Below, one piece after another: positions 1 through 9,964 of a stretch of 64,000 nucleotides of DNA; the first letter of the stretch is position 1; each line of letters opens with the position of its first letter. The translations under genes and the position numbers were made by a program. The notes beneath the pieces were generated by a model. It saw only the letters and a list, made by a program, of their open reading frames with translations. It did no database searches and was not told where the DNA came from. The stretch lies in contig CALVLK010000003.1 of NCBI GenBank assembly GCA_944337235.1, forward strand, positions 1,289 through 65,288. Reading direction: 5' to 3'. This DNA is from an uncultured Clostridia bacterium. GTDB taxonomy: Bacteria > Bacillota > Clostridia > Christensenellales > Borkfalkiaceae.

Positions 1-1480
1 GATCTCTGCCAGCGCCTCGCAGTTGGCAAAGGCATAGCCGTCGATCTCCCTGACCGAGGCGGGGACCTCGATGCGCGTCAACGCGTCGCAGGCCATAAAC
101 GCGCCATAGCCGATCGATTCCAGCCCCTGCGGCAATACGATCTCCGCCAACGCCGTATAGCTAAAGCACTCTTGGGGGATCTCCTTCAGATCATCGGGCA
201 GCCGTACGGTATCCAGCTGAGAACATCCATCAAAAATGAGCGCGCCGCTCAGCGATACCCCATCGGGGATGTATAGCTCACGCAACGCCTTCTGGTTTAT
301 AAAGGCGCCGCCCGCGATCTGTTTTACGTCGGAAGGGATGACGACCTGTTCGCCGCACTCCCCCTTATAGTTGTACAGCAACCCCTCTTTCAGGCACACA
401 AATCCCTCTGCCTGCGCCTCGTACCACGCCGTCTCGTGCATGATTTTGCTCTCTTTCTGTGCGGGCATCCCCTCCAGGACGATGCCGGTCAAATTTTTCC
501 GCCCATAGAACGCGAGGCTCCCGATAAAGTTGACCGAAGCGGGAATGGTCACCGCCTGCAGATCAGAACGGATATGATTGTAGACATAATATCCGTATCC
601 TGGTATTAAGAAGCTAAGATCCACATAGCCCTCTTTGTATTCTGTGTATGCGTTATAAAACGCCCCCTCCCCGATCGATTCAAGCCCCTGCGGCAATGTG
701 ATCTCCGCCAAGGCCGTATTGCTGAAGCAATATCCGGGGATCTCTTTCAGGTTCGCAGGCAGATGTACCCGTTTGAGCGAACGCATCCCCCAACAGGCGC
801 GCCGCTCCATCTCGGTCACGCTGTCGGGCAGATACAGCTCTTCTACGCTGATCAGGCAGGCAAGCGCATATTCCCGGATGGTGGTGAGATAGTCGGGCAG
901 CGTGACCGAAGTAATTCCGTCGTAGCACTTTGCGCCGTCGAATGGGCTTTTTTCAAAAGACGTACTGGAAAAGGCGTTTTCGGCAAGTTCCTTCACGGGA
1001 TAGTCGCCGACAAAGCTCTGTATTACGACGTCGCCCTCCAGGCTGTGCCTGCCGTGGTGTACACTATAGCCCGTGCCGTCGCTGAGCAGGCGGTACAGCA
1101 GCCCGCTTTCGTCATAGTACTGTGCGACCGCCTCGCCCAGCGTGAGCGAGACCGTCACCCCTTCAAAGGGGGTATATCCCTCTCCCACGGCGCTGACCGA
1201 GATCGTATAGGTAGCAGGCCCCGCCAGATCAAGCAGATCTGCCATACACGCCTCCGTGCGCTGCTCTTCTTCCCCGTTGATCAGAATGACATACTCCTCT
1301 GCATTTGCAACAGGACTCCAGCTGAGCGTGCGCCGCTCCAATACGAGATCGGCGGGCGCCTCGAGCTGCCCCAACGCCTGCGCAGGCTGCACACCCCCCC
1401 GCGCAGGCGGCAAGTACGCCCGCCCCTGCAAGCACTGCCGCTGCCGCGCACAGCGCGATCACCATTCTTTTTCCCTTCAC
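1..1480 (-). pseudogene. BspA-type leucine-rich-repeat surface lipoprotein (3' end beyond window); signal peptide and LRR body are in different frames
   Basis: GTG at 1480 follows a GGGAGG RBS and encodes MKGKRMVIALCAAAAVLAGAGVLAAC (lipobox), but that frame stops at 1229. A second frame is open from 1458 to base 1 (checked triplet by triplet). It encodes LRR units such as EITLPQGLESIGEGAF and EIVLPQGLESIGYGAF. The two frames meet at the C7 run 1394-1400. Confidence 0.6.
1394..1400. repeat. C7 homopolymer (G7 on coding strand) at the frame junction of the LRR lipoprotein gene
   Basis: acaCCCCCCCgcg read directly. A tract of 6 or 9 G would fuse the signal peptide to the LRR body. Confidence 0.9.
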
Positions 1481-1569
1481 AGAATACCTCCCATAACTTC
1501 TTCATGCTTTTATATTGTATTCGCGCCTGTTTTATGCGCAAATATTCTATAAAACATGATATTTTAATT

Positions 1570-1598
1570 ATTTTATCACTTATTTTGAGTCTTGTCAA
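1570..1598 (-). promoter_or_regulatory. sigma-70-type promoter upstream of LRR lipoprotein gene
   Basis: Minus strand reads TTGACA, 17 nt, TAAAAT, about 80 nt upstream of GTG 1480. Confidence 0.5.
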
Positions 1599-1772
1599 GA
1601 ATATCTTTCCACTTTTATCATTTTATTCCATTTGTATTCAAAATGGTAGCCATCACGCGGATAGCGTGACCGAGGGATCGTTGATTTGTTTAAGCGGTGC
1701 AGGCGAGCGTCACAATCCCCCCTTTTCTCGCCGCCATTAAGGAGGGCATGACTGATGATTCAACATTCTGGG

Positions 1773-2009
1773 CTCCCTTGTGTAAAGGGGCGAGCAAGTA
1801 ACTTTTGCGAAAGCCACGGTGTGGCTTTCGCTGCTTGCGAGCTTGGAAATTTCTCATGGTGCGAGAAATTTCCTGACCGAGCGCGGGTCTACCGCGCGAG
1901 AATAATTTGCGAAGCAAATCTGAAGGATTGATTGTTGATTCATAAAGCGGCGCAGGCTGCCCACACTCCCCCCTTTGTGCAAAGGGGGGCAGGGATAGCG
2001 GCCACCGCT
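1773..2009. repeat. Array of seven consecutive stem-loops (REP/BIME-like intergenic element)
   Basis: Perfect 11-bp stems at 1807-1831 and 1845-1873. 6-bp stems at 1881-1897 and 1905-1919. CCCCCCTTT/AAAGGGGGG stem at 1968-1989. Weaker stems at about 1775-1789 and 1997-2009. Confidence 0.7.
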
Positions 2010-2183
2010 CGCACTTGATTTTGGGATATCTCCTCACCAAATTGATGACCAAAGCAGCGGGTTTTGTTATATTTTTTCAGAACGGAGCTGCTGAAATTTT
2101 TCCCGATACAAAGGGGCAGCGTATAAAGTTTGGCGGCGTCAGAGGGGAACCGTACTGTTCGATTTTCTGCATATTCAATGCAT

Positions 2184-2206
2184 AAAAAAGGAGGCCTTGC
2201 GGCCTC
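2184..2206 (-). terminator. Rho-independent terminator after wzx
   Basis: Minus strand reads GAGGCC-gcaa-GGCCTC followed by TTTTTT. Confidence 0.6.
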
Positions 2207-2238
2207 TTTGCTGTTACAATCGGATTTGTTGATTTATG

Positions 2239-3690
2239 TCACTTCGCCGGCGGATCGCCCTGTCCTCTTTTTGTATGCAGCCGATGCGATGCCATGCGGA
2301 AGAGATCGGCGATCGCCCTGCGCTTGATCAGGAAATACACCGCAAGCACGGCGGCATATGCGATCATGCCCCAGAGCGTACGCAAAAGCGACGCGCACAG
2401 GATGAATGCGACCGTCATGACGATCTCAATGAGAAAATCCTTTCCCATCCTCCGCCCGATGAGGCGACCGACGGCGAGCTCCGAAAGCACGGAGTTGAGG
2501 ATCATGGTAAATACCACGCACCCAAGCAGCGCATACAGGTTGTTAAAGACATAGGCGCACAGCAGCGCCAGCACCACCCCGCTTGCTACAGAGATGAGGT
2601 TGATCACAAGCATTGTCTTTTCGCGGCGGTACACCTTCAGATAGTTGTTGGTGAGCAGGTTGACCTTGGAGGAAAAGACGACGATGGGAAGCAGCACGGC
2701 AAGATATTCCAGGCTGACGGCGTAGTTTGGCAGCCAAAGCTCGACCAGCCAACTGCCCGGGAAGAACAGGATGAGCAGTGCAAACATCAGCAGGGACATG
2801 ACCTTGCGGAGCTGCTCATACATGGCGGGAAGTTTTTCTTCGTCTACGCGTTTGAGCGAGGGGAACAGCACCACGCTGATCGCCGTGACAAAGGTGAGGA
2901 ATACGTTCGACAAGCTGAAAGCAAACGACACCTTGCCGAACACCAGCTCTCCCCAGCGCCACTCGGTGATCATGCGCGCGCTGCCGATGAGCAGTATGGA
3001 CGACCAGTTTGCCAGCATCAGGACAAAGCCCGCCGAAAAATTCTGCCCCGCCTCGCGCCATGCGTCGCGCAACCCGATCATCTTGCCGAAATAGAGCTTG
3101 CCCCGATTGAGCACGACGCCCAACGCAAAGCCGAGGATATCCCCCATAAGATCGGAAAGGCAATACAGGTAGAATACGTCGACGCGGTTGATGAGCAGAA
3201 CGACGACGAAAATGCCGTATATCGCGCGCTGCGCAATGTTGACGACGGCATACCGATTGATTTGGTTGGTGATCTGAAAGATGTCTGAATTATATGTCGT
3301 AAGATTTTTGGTGACGATGCCGACCGCGACGAGTGAGAAAATGGTGCGGCTTGTGCTGTCAAACGCGCACGAGGCGGCGAGCACGGCAAGCATGCACAGG
3401 CTTGTGATCGTAAAGAGAATAGTAAATTGCGAGCGGATGCGCCGCTGATCCAGCTCTTCAAAGTCATAGGCGCCGTACCGCAGGATCAGCCCGTCGAGCA
3501 ACCCGAAGTGCAGCACGCCCACATAGGCGACGTACATCGTGTACATCTGCCAATAGGAATAGGTGTATTCCCCCACATAGCGCGGCAGAATGAGCGTGAT
3601 GACAAAGCTGACAAGCAGCGAGACGACCTGGGCAACGAGCGAGACAAATACGTTTTTTGCAAGTTTTTTCGATGTGATCTGTTTTCCCAT
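2239..3690 (-). CDS. wzx: Polysaccharide/oligosaccharide flippase (Wzx, MOP superfamily)
   Basis: 483-aa polytopic membrane ORF with a flippase-like N-terminus (KKLAKNVFVSLVAQVVSLLVSF). Last gene of the rfb cluster. Confidence 0.75.
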   Translation of the reverse strand: MGKQITSKKLAKNVFVSLVAQVVSLLVSFVITLILPRYVGEYTYSYWQMYTMYVAYVGVLHFGLLDGLILRYGAYDFEELDQRRIRSQFTILFTITSLCMLAVLAASCAFDSTSRTIFSLVAVGIVTKNLTTYNSDIFQITNQINRYAVVNIAQRAIYGIFVVVLLINRVDVFYLYCLSDLMGDILGFALGVVLNRGKLYFGKMIGLRDAWREAGQNFSAGFVLMLANWSSILLIGSARMITEWRWGELVFGKVSFAFSLSNVFLTFVTAISVVLFPSLKRVDEEKLPAMYEQLRKVMSLLMFALLILFFPGSWLVELWLPNYAVSLEYLAVLLPIVVFSSKVNLLTNNYLKVYRREKTMLVINLISVASGVVLALLCAYVFNNLYALLGCVVFTMILNSVLSELAVGRLIGRRMGKDFLIEIVMTVAFILCASLLRTLWGMIAYAAVLAVYFLIKRRAIADLFRMASHRLHTKRGQGDPPAK

Positions 3691-3692
3691 AA

Positions 3693-4301
3693 TCAGCGCG
3701 CCGTCTTATGCATCTCGTGCAATGTCGGCCATGCCTCGTCTTTTGCTGAAAGCCGGATGGGCGCCCCGTCCGCTAAGGTGTAGCCATCTGCCGCGGCGGT
3801 GCCGCGGTATTCCCCCGCGACCCCCCAGTCGATGCCGATCGCAGGGTCGTTCCAGGCGATGCCGCCCTCGTCGTTGGGGTGATAGAAATCATCGCACTTG
3901 TAGCAGAACTCCGCCACCTCCGAACGCACCAGAAAGCCATGTGCAAAGCCGCGCGGGATGAGAAACTGCCTCTTGTTTTCGGCAGAGAGCTCGACCCCGT
4001 ACCACTTTCCGTATGTGGGGCTGTTCGGGCGAAGGTCGACGGCGACGTCGAACACCGTGCCGCTGATAGCGCGCACCAGCTTTGCCTGTGCATGGCGCAT
4101 CTGAAAGTGCAGCCCGCGCAGCACCCCCTTTGTGCTCATGGACTGGTTGTCCTGCACGAAATCGTAATGCAGGTCCGCCTCCTCCATGTCGCGGCGGTTG
4201 TAGGTCTCCATAAAATATCCGCGGCTGTCGCCGTGCGCCAGCGGCGTGATAACGCACAACCCCTCAATGCCGCCGACGTTCTTTTCAACTGTGATCTGCA
4301 T
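3693..4301 (-). CDS. rfbC: dTDP-4-dehydrorhamnose 3,5-epimerase
   Basis: 202 aa with RmlC cupin motifs DSRGYFMETY, GVLRGLHFQ and FLIPRGFAHGF. Confidence 0.9.
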   Translation of the reverse strand: MQITVEKNVGGIEGLCVITPLAHGDSRGYFMETYNRRDMEEADLHYDFVQDNQSMSTKGVLRGLHFQMRHAQAKLVRAISGTVFDVAVDLRPNSPTYGKWYGVELSAENKRQFLIPRGFAHGFLVRSEVAEFCYKCDDFYHPNDEGGIAWNDPAIGIDWGVAGEYRGTAAADGYTLADGAPIRLSAKDEAWPTLHEMHKTAR

Positions 4302-5205
4302 ATCCCATCTCCTGTAAATATCGCCGCAAAGCGTCTTCCCATGTGGGAAGCGGCGTAAACCCGTTTTCTGCCAGCTTTCTCTTATCCAGCCTGCTGTTAA
4401 AGGGGCGCTTTGCCTTCGAGAGCCCGTACTCTGCCGTCGTCACGGAAATGACCTTGGTCGGATACCCCGCCAAGGCGAAAATTTTACAGGCAAAGTCATA
4501 CCAGCTGATATACCCGCCCTCGTTCGTCGCGTGATAATTCCCATAGGCCTCTGAGACGATCATGTCTGCAAGCAGGCGGGCAAGATCGCGAGTATAGGTC
4601 GGCGTGCCGATCTGATCGTTGACCACGCGCACGCTGTCGTACTTTCTGCCGAGCGAGAGCATGGTATCGACAAAATTTTTGCCGTTATGCCCGAACACCC
4701 ACGCAATACGCACGATAAAATGCCGCGCAAGCGTATTCCTTACGATCTCTTCCCCTTCGAGCTTGGTCTTTCCGTAATAGTTCAGGGGCTGAAAATCCCT
4801 TTGATCGGGCTGCCATGGCTCGGTGCCCTGCCCGTTGAACACATAGTCGGTGGAAAGATACATCATTTTGGCGCCGACCGCATTGCATGCCGCAGCGACG
4901 TTCCCCGTCGCCTGCACATTGACGGCGTACACCTTGGTGGCGCTTGCTTCCTCTTCCGCGGCGTCGACCGCCGTCCATGCGGCGCAATGAATGACGGCGT
5001 CCGGGCGAAGTTGCAAGATCGCCTGCAATGTCTCCTCCCGCGCGGTCAGATCGAGCGGAAGATAGGCGCACTGCGGCACCTCGTCTGCCCGCCGCACGAA
5101 CTGCGCCTGCAGATCGCTCCCCGTCACCGCGTGCCCGCGCTGCAAAAGCTCGGTGATGACGTCGCACCCGAGCTGTCCGTTTGCCCCGGTCACGAGGATC
5201 TTCAT
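4285..5205 (-). CDS. rfbD: dTDP-4-dehydrorhamnose reductase
   Basis: Start taken at [13 protein letters not shown] (ATGA overlap with the rfbB stop). RmlD-like STDYVF motif. Confidence 0.9.
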   Translation of the reverse strand: MKILVTGANGQLGCDVITELLQRGHAVTGSDLQAQFVRRADEVPQCAYLPLDLTAREETLQAILQLRPDAVIHCAAWTAVDAAEEEASATKVYAVNVQATGNVAAACNAVGAKMMYLSTDYVFNGQGTEPWQPDQRDFQPLNYYGKTKLEGEEIVRNTLARHFIVRIAWVFGHNGKNFVDTMLSLGRKYDSVRVVNDQIGTPTYTRDLARLLADMIVSEAYGNYHATNEGGYISWYDFACKIFALAGYPTKVISVTTAEYGLSKAKRPFNSRLDKRKLAENGFTPLPTWEDALRRYLQEMGYADHS

Positions 5206-6224
5206 GCTCTCCCTCCGTACATGCGGGCATAATAGTTCTGATAGTCGCCGCTGATGATCTCCTGCCACCAGTCCTTATTGTCAAGATACCATTGAATGGT
5301 CTTTTTGATGCCGTCCTGAAACTTCGTCTTGGGCAGCCAGCCGAGTTCGCTGTGGATCTTGGCGGGATCGATCGCATAGCGCATGTCATGCCCCTTGCGG
5401 TCTGCGACGAAGATGATGAGGCTTTCGGGCTTGTTCAACTCCCTGCAGATGAGCTTTACGATGTCGATATTTCTCATCTCGTTATGGCCGCCGACGTTGT
5501 ACACCTCGCCCACCCTGCCGCGCTGCAGAATGCAATCGATCGCCGCGCAGTGATCCTCAACATACAGCCAGTCACGCACGTTCTCTCCCGTGCCGTAGAC
5601 GGGCAGCGGCTTATCTGACAGGGCGTTGATGATCATGAGCGGAATGAGCTTTTCCGGAAAATGATAGGGCCCGTAATTGTTGGAACAGCGCGAAATCGTC
5701 ACGGGCAGCCCGTAGGTGCGGTGATAGGCAAGCACCAGAAGGTCTGCCGAGGCCTTCGATGCGGAATAGGGGCTGCTCGTGTGCAGCGGTGTCGTCTCGG
5801 TAAAAAAGAGATCGGGCCGATCGAGCGGCAGATCGCCGTACACCTCGTCCGTCGAGACCTGATGATAGCGCTGAATGCCATATTTGCGGCAGGCGTCCAT
5901 GAGGGTGCCCGTGCCGATGATATTCGTCTGCAAAAAGACGCCGGGATCCTCGATGCTCCTGTCGACATGACTCTCCGCCGCAAAGTTGACGACGATATCT
6001 GGGTGCTCCTCTTCAAACAGCGCGTACACCCCCGCCCTGTCGCAGATGTCGAGTTTGACAAAGCGGAAATTGGGCAGATTGGCGACCGCGCAAAGCGTGG
6101 ACAGATTGCCCGCATAGGTAAGCTTATCCAGACAGACGATACGGTCGTCAGGATATTTTTTGAGCATATAGAAGATGAAGTTGCTGCCGATGAATCCGGC
6201 GCCGCCTGTGACAATGATCGTCAT
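5202..6224 (-). CDS. rfbB: dTDP-glucose 4,6-dehydratase
   Basis: 340 aa with [14 protein letters not shown]ossmann motif and YSASKASAD (YxxxK). Confidence 0.95.
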   Translation of the reverse strand: MTIIVTGGAGFIGSNFIFYMLKKYPDDRIVCLDKLTYAGNLSTLCAVANLPNFRFVKLDICDRAGVYALFEEEHPDIVVNFAAESHVDRSIEDPGVFLQTNIIGTGTLMDACRKYGIQRYHQVSTDEVYGDLPLDRPDLFFTETTPLHTSSPYSASKASADLLVLAYHRTYGLPVTISRCSNNYGPYHFPEKLIPLMIINALSDKPLPVYGTGENVRDWLYVEDHCAAIDCILQRGRVGEVYNVGGHNEMRNIDIVKLICRELNKPESLIIFVADRKGHDMRYAIDPAKIHSELGWLPKTKFQDGIKKTIQWYLDNKDWWQEIISGDYQNYYARMYGGRA

Positions 6225-7210
6225 TGTTGTACCTCCGATCGCTCCTCCGGTCCCTTTAATTGTGCAATGTATGCTTCAAAATTTTCAAGATGCCTGCGGT
6301 AGAGTGCATGCATCTTTTTATGCCGCTCCCGCTGTTCCTTTCGCCCGAGCAGCCATTCGATCACCATGAGTTTGCGGAAGCCGCGGATGCGCAGTTTAAG
6401 GTACTTTTTTACCTCCCCTGCGCCGTACCAGCGGTAGAGGAAACGGGGCAGCCCGCGCAGCATCAGAAGCTCCCATTCCTCGTTGTACTTCTTTTTGCGG
6501 GGCATCACGCTTCCGTTTTCCAGATGATACATATGCGCCCACGGCACGGATACGACGGTATAGTCTGTCAGTTGTGTCATGCGGTATTGGAACTCCTCCT
6601 CTTCCGCATACATAAAGATGACCTCGTCGAATGCGCCGATCTCATCGAATACAGCTCTGCGGATCATCATTGCCGCGCCGCCCACCCACGCAACGCGCTG
6701 CGCCTTGTCTGAATAGTTATAGTCGAAGCGCCTGCGGGAAAATTTACGGTACAGATTGGCAAAGATGCTGTAATTTCTTCTGAGAGAGGCGATCGTTTCA
6801 AAGCTCCTTCTGCACGACCCGGCTGGTCTGCCGTTATAATCCAGAAGATTGCCCCCGCACACGCCGCATTTTGGATCGCTCTCCATATAGTCGTAGAGCT
6901 CCTTGATGAAATTCTCTTTTAACAGAATATCGGTATTCAGCCAAAGAATGTATTTGCCCGCCGCATGCCTGAGCCCCAGGTTGAACGCCTTGGACGTCCC
7001 CAGATTTGCGCCCGACTGAAGATAGACGATGCGACCCTGATACAGCTGCGCCAGGCGCTCGCCCGAACCGTCGGGCGAGGCGTTGTCGATGAGAATGATC
7101 TCATATGCAAGCCCCTGCGTCTGCGCAAAGATGCTCTCGAGCGCGTCCTTCGTGAAGTCGAAGGTATTGTAATTGATCATGATCACTGAGACATCCATGT
7201 TCCGCTCCAT
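6221..7210 (-). CDS. Family 2 glycosyltransferase
   Basis: 329 aa with GT-A signature [21 protein letters not shown]...IDNASPDGS. Start overlaps the rfbA stop (TGATG). Confidence 0.8.
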   Translation of the reverse strand: MERNMDVSVIMINYNTFDFTKDALESIFAQTQGLAYEIILIDNASPDGSGERLAQLYQGRIVYLQSGANLGTSKAFNLGLRHAAGKYILWLNTDILLKENFIKELYDYMESDPKCGVCGGNLLDYNGRPAGSCRRSFETIASLRRNYSIFANLYRKFSRRRFDYNYSDKAQRVAWVGGAAMMIRRAVFDEIGAFDEVIFMYAEEEEFQYRMTQLTDYTVVSVPWAHMYHLENGSVMPRKKKYNEEWELLMLRGLPRFLYRWYGAGEVKKYLKLRIRGFRKLMVIEWLLGRKEQRERHKKMHALYRRHLENFEAYIAQLKGPEERSEVQQ

Positions 7211-8094
7211 CAGTAAAGTATCTTTCCGTCTGCCACCTTTTTTAAGTGCCGCCCGTATTCGTTGTTCTTCATGAGCTCCGCCTGCCGCAGCAGCTCGTCG
7301 CGGCTCATCCAGCCGTTTCTGTAGGCGATCTCTTCGATGCAGCTGATCTTGAGCCCCTCGTGCTCCTCGATCATGCGCACAAACGCGGTTGCGTCGGCAA
7401 GGGATTCGTGCGTGCCCGTATCCAGCCAGGTGAACCCGCGGCCGAAGGTGATGACGTCGAGCTGCCCACGCCTGAGATATTTCTGGTTGACCGTTGTGAT
7501 CTCAAGCTCGCCACGGGCGGAGGGCCTGATCTGCTTTGCGATCTCTACGACGCTGTTGGGGTAGAAATACAGGCCGACAACGGCATAGTTGGACTTGGGA
7601 TTCTGCGGCTTTTCTTCGATCGAGAGGGCCTTTCCGTTCTCGTCGAACTCCACAACGCCGAACCGCTCGGGATCGGGCACGAAATAGCCGAAGACGGTCG
7701 CCCGATCCTCGTCGAGGTTCTGCACCGCCTGTTGCAAATTCTTGATGAGACCGTTGCCGTAAAAGATATTGTCGCCCAGCACCATGCAGACCCGATCGCC
7801 GCCGATGAACTGCTCCCCGATGAGAAAGGCCTGTGCAAGTCCGCCCGGATAGGGCTGAACGGCATAGGAGATCGCCAGCCCGTACCGGCTGCCGTCGCCG
7901 AACAGCTTTTCAAAGCGCGGCACGTCCTCGGGCGTGGAGATGATGAGAATATCGCGGATCCCCGCCAGCATGAGCGTGGAGAGGGGATAGTAGATCATGG
8001 GTTTGTCATACACGGGGAGAAGCTGTTTGCTTGTCACTGTCGTAAGCGGGTACAGCCTTGTGCCGCTCCCGCCGGCGAGAATAATTCCTTTCAT
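7210..8094 (-). CDS. rfbA: Glucose-1-phosphate thymidylyltransferase
   Basis: Start chosen at [18 protein letters not shown] (GGAG RBS). The longer ORF-track N-terminus has no family support. Confidence 0.9.
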   Translation of the reverse strand: MKGIILAGGSGTRLYPLTTVTSKQLLPVYDKPMIYYPLSTLMLAGIRDILIISTPEDVPRFEKLFGDGSRYGLAISYAVQPYPGGLAQAFLIGEQFIGGDRVCMVLGDNIFYGNGLIKNLQQAVQNLDEDRATVFGYFVPDPERFGVVEFDENGKALSIEEKPQNPKSNYAVVGLYFYPNSVVEIAKQIRPSARGELEITTVNQKYLRRGQLDVITFGRGFTWLDTGTHESLADATAFVRMIEEHEGLKISCIEEIAYRNGWMSRDELLRQAELMKNNEYGRHLKKVADGKILY

Positions 8095-8158
8095 GTTTTT
8101 CTCCATAGGGGCGGCGGCAGAATGATCTGTTCCCATACGGGCGCCGACGCCCGTTATC

Positions 8159-8187
8159 AGTATAGCATAATGCACAGAATTTATCAA
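8159..8187 (-). promoter_or_regulatory. Candidate promoter of rfb operon
   Basis: Minus strand reads TTGATA, 17 nt, TATACT, with TGc just upstream of the -10. Confidence 0.45.
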
Positions 8188-8284
8188 TGTTTTTGCAAGA
8201 TCATTTCCTGAAATTGTAAAATGTGCGGGCAGCTGCGGCGGCCGCACCGCTTTCATGCGTATGCGCTGCCCGTCCGAACGCAGC

Positions 8285-8311
8285 AAAAAGAGGCCGTACG
8301 GCCTCTTTTTT
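8285..8311. terminator. Bidirectional rho-independent terminator
   Basis: AAAAA-GAGGCC-gtac-GGCCTC-TTTTTT, immediately downstream of the rubredoxin-fusion gene. Confidence 0.7.
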
Positions 8312-8322
8312 CGGATATTCCG

Positions 8323-9126
8323 TCAGGGCATCCGTTCAAATTCGCTCTTGCCGACGCCGCACAGCGGGCAGACCCAATCGTCGGGCAGTTCCTCGAAGGG
8401 GACCTTGCCGTCGTACACATAGCCGCAGACCTTGCAGACGTACTGTCCGCTCTTTGCGGCAGGCCTTGCCGCCTTGACCTCGCGGCGACAGAATTCCTCT
8501 TTGCCCACACCGCAGATGGGGCAGACCCAGTCGTCGGGCAGCTCTTCGAAGGGCGTCTCGCCGCGATAGACATAGCTGCAGATGCGGCAGACGTACTCGT
8601 ACTGCTTGACCTCCTCTTCGGGCATGGGCGCCTGATTGAAGGTGGGCGCCTTGGCGGCAGTCTTCCCCTTGAGCACGCGGTGATAGTACGCATACGTCAT
8701 GGGCGCATCCTTCTGCAGATTGCCCGCGTCGATCACCTCGCCCAGGAATACGGTGTGGGTGGCGGTGTCCATCTTTTCGACGACCTTGCAGGAGAAGTAG
8801 GAGATGCCGCCGTCAGGTACGGGCAGCTTGCCGCGGACGGCATAGGGAAATTCTTCAAACTTGTTGACCTCTGCGCTCGTGCGGAAGCCGAACACGCCGA
8901 TCAGGCGGGGATCGCAATGCTCGCCCAGAACGGTGATGGCAAAGTGCCCGCAATCCTCGATGCAGCGGTGCGTATAATTTTCCTTATTGATACTCACGGC
9001 AATGGTCGCCGGCGACGACGTGATCTGCATGGCGCTGTTGGCGACGCAGCCGACGGGGGCGCCGTTGTCCCACGATGTGCAGAGATACACGCCGTACGAA
9101 AGATTGTAAAAGGCCGTCATGTCCAT
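8323..9126 (-). CDS. Flavin reductase domain fused to two tandem rubredoxin domains (high-molecular-weight rubredoxin type)
   Basis: Start MDMTAFYN follows an AGGAGG RBS. N-terminal flavin-reductase-like domain, then two copies of YVCxxCxYVY...[18 protein letters not shown]. Confidence 0.8.
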   Translation of the reverse strand: MDMTAFYNLSYGVYLCTSWDNGAPVGCVANSAMQITSSPATIAVSINKENYTHRCIEDCGHFAITVLGEHCDPRLIGVFGFRTSAEVNKFEEFPYAVRGKLPVPDGGISYFSCKVVEKMDTATHTVFLGEVIDAGNLQKDAPMTYAYYHRVLKGKTAAKAPTFNQAPMPEEEVKQYEYVCRICSYVYRGETPFEELPDDWVCPICGVGKEEFCRREVKAARPAAKSGQYVCKVCGYVYDGKVPFEELPDDWVCPLCGVGKSEFERMP

Positions 9127-9212
9127 AATGTTTCCTCCTTGTGGGCGCATTCTGCGCCAATAAGACAGAAAGCGAACCTATCACAGTTCGCTTTCGATCT
9201 TCCTCATTTGAA

Positions 9213-9401
9213 TTAGTCCTTCGCTTCGTTCTGCGCGACGACTTCCTTTCCGTCGTAATAGCCGCAATTCTTGCAGACGCGGTGCGCAAGCTTCTGCTCG
9301 TGGCAGTGCGGGCACTCGACAAGCGTCGGAGCCGATGCCTTATAGTTTGCAAAACGCTTATTCGTTCTGCTCTTGGACTGCTTTCTCTTGGGAACTGCCA
9401 T
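9213..9401 (-). CDS. rpmF: 50S ribosomal protein L32
   Basis: MAVPKRKQSKSRTNKR..., with CPHC...CKNC zinc motif. Confidence 0.95.
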   Translation of the reverse strand: MAVPKRKQSKSRTNKRFANYKASAPTLVECPHCHEQKLAHRVCKNCGYYDGKEVVAQNEAKD

Positions 9402-9421
9402 ATTATCACCTCTCTTCCTTG

Positions 9422-9832
9422 TTACTCTTCGTTATATTCGGGTGCGGAGCATTCGTCCGGACAGACAAGCCCCGAGGGAAGCGCGAAGATGATGCTGTCG
9501 CGCAAAAACTCGCCCAGATCGACGACCCCGCCCCGATAGGGATATTCCTCGTCCTGCGGGGTATCCGGCACAAAGAGTGCCTCCGTCTGCCATTCGATGT
9601 GCTGCTGCGTCTGCTTTAAGCAGCGCGAACAGGCACCGCTGAGATCAAAACAGACGCTGCCCGTCACCTTGACGCAGTCGTCCTCCCAGATGTCGTAGTG
9701 CAGGGAGAATGCGACAGGAGAAGCAAACGTGACGAACGGGATATCGATCAGGCTGTTGTCCCCTTCCATAGAAAAGTTCAGCTCGCCCGAATATCTTTTT
9801 TCTGCATTGCATCTGCGAACGTCGATCTTCAT
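9422..9832 (-). CDS. YceD/DUF177 family protein (conserved partner of rpmF)
   Basis: Conserved position directly upstream of rpmF, with the C-terminal CSRC...CPDEC motif of DUF177. Start taken at MKIDVRR. Confidence 0.7.
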   Translation of the reverse strand: MKIDVRRCNAEKRYSGELNFSMEGDNSLIDIPFVTFASPVAFSLHYDIWEDDCVKVTGSVCFDLSGACSRCLKQTQQHIEWQTEALFVPDTPQDEEYPYRGGVVDLGEFLRDSIIFALPSGLVCPDECSAPEYNEE

Positions 9833-9842
9833 TGACTTTTCG

Positions 9843-9871
9843 AGTATAAACTTTTTCGCAAGGTTTGTCAA
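9843..9871 (-). promoter_or_regulatory. Near-consensus promoter placed for a (nearly) leaderless yceD-rpmF mRNA
   Basis: Minus strand reads TTGACA, 17 nt, TATACT. Only 10 nt separate the -10 from the ATG at 9832, and there is no RBS. Confidence 0.5.
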
Positions 9872-9964
9872 TCGCTTTTCGGGGCAATTTGCAAAAAAAC
9901 AGGGAAATTCGATGCCCTGCACCCCAAAAACGGCGCAGGGGCACATGCCTCAGCGGGCGCCGCC

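Noticed and set aside
763-1740. 325-aa plus-strand ORF
   Set aside because: It is antisense to the LRR lipoprotein gene and runs through its promoter. The composition is low-complexity and Arg/Ala-rich, typical of shadow ORFs in high-GC DNA, and there is no family resemblance.
1690-2052. 120-aa ORF, and the 95-aa ORF at 26028-26315, both containing MPSLMAAR and KGGIV
   Set aside because: The shared peptide is simply the translation of the shared 40-nt repeat module and hairpins. There is no RBS and no domain. I treated them as non-coding repeats.
7210-8286. 358-aa version of rfbA, and similar long N-terminal extensions on rfbD, adk, rpsM, rplF, rpsN, rpsJ and the yegP-like gene
   Set aside because: In each case the family-conserved N-terminus begins at an internal ATG preceded by a good RBS. 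The extensions cross intergenic or terminator sequence.
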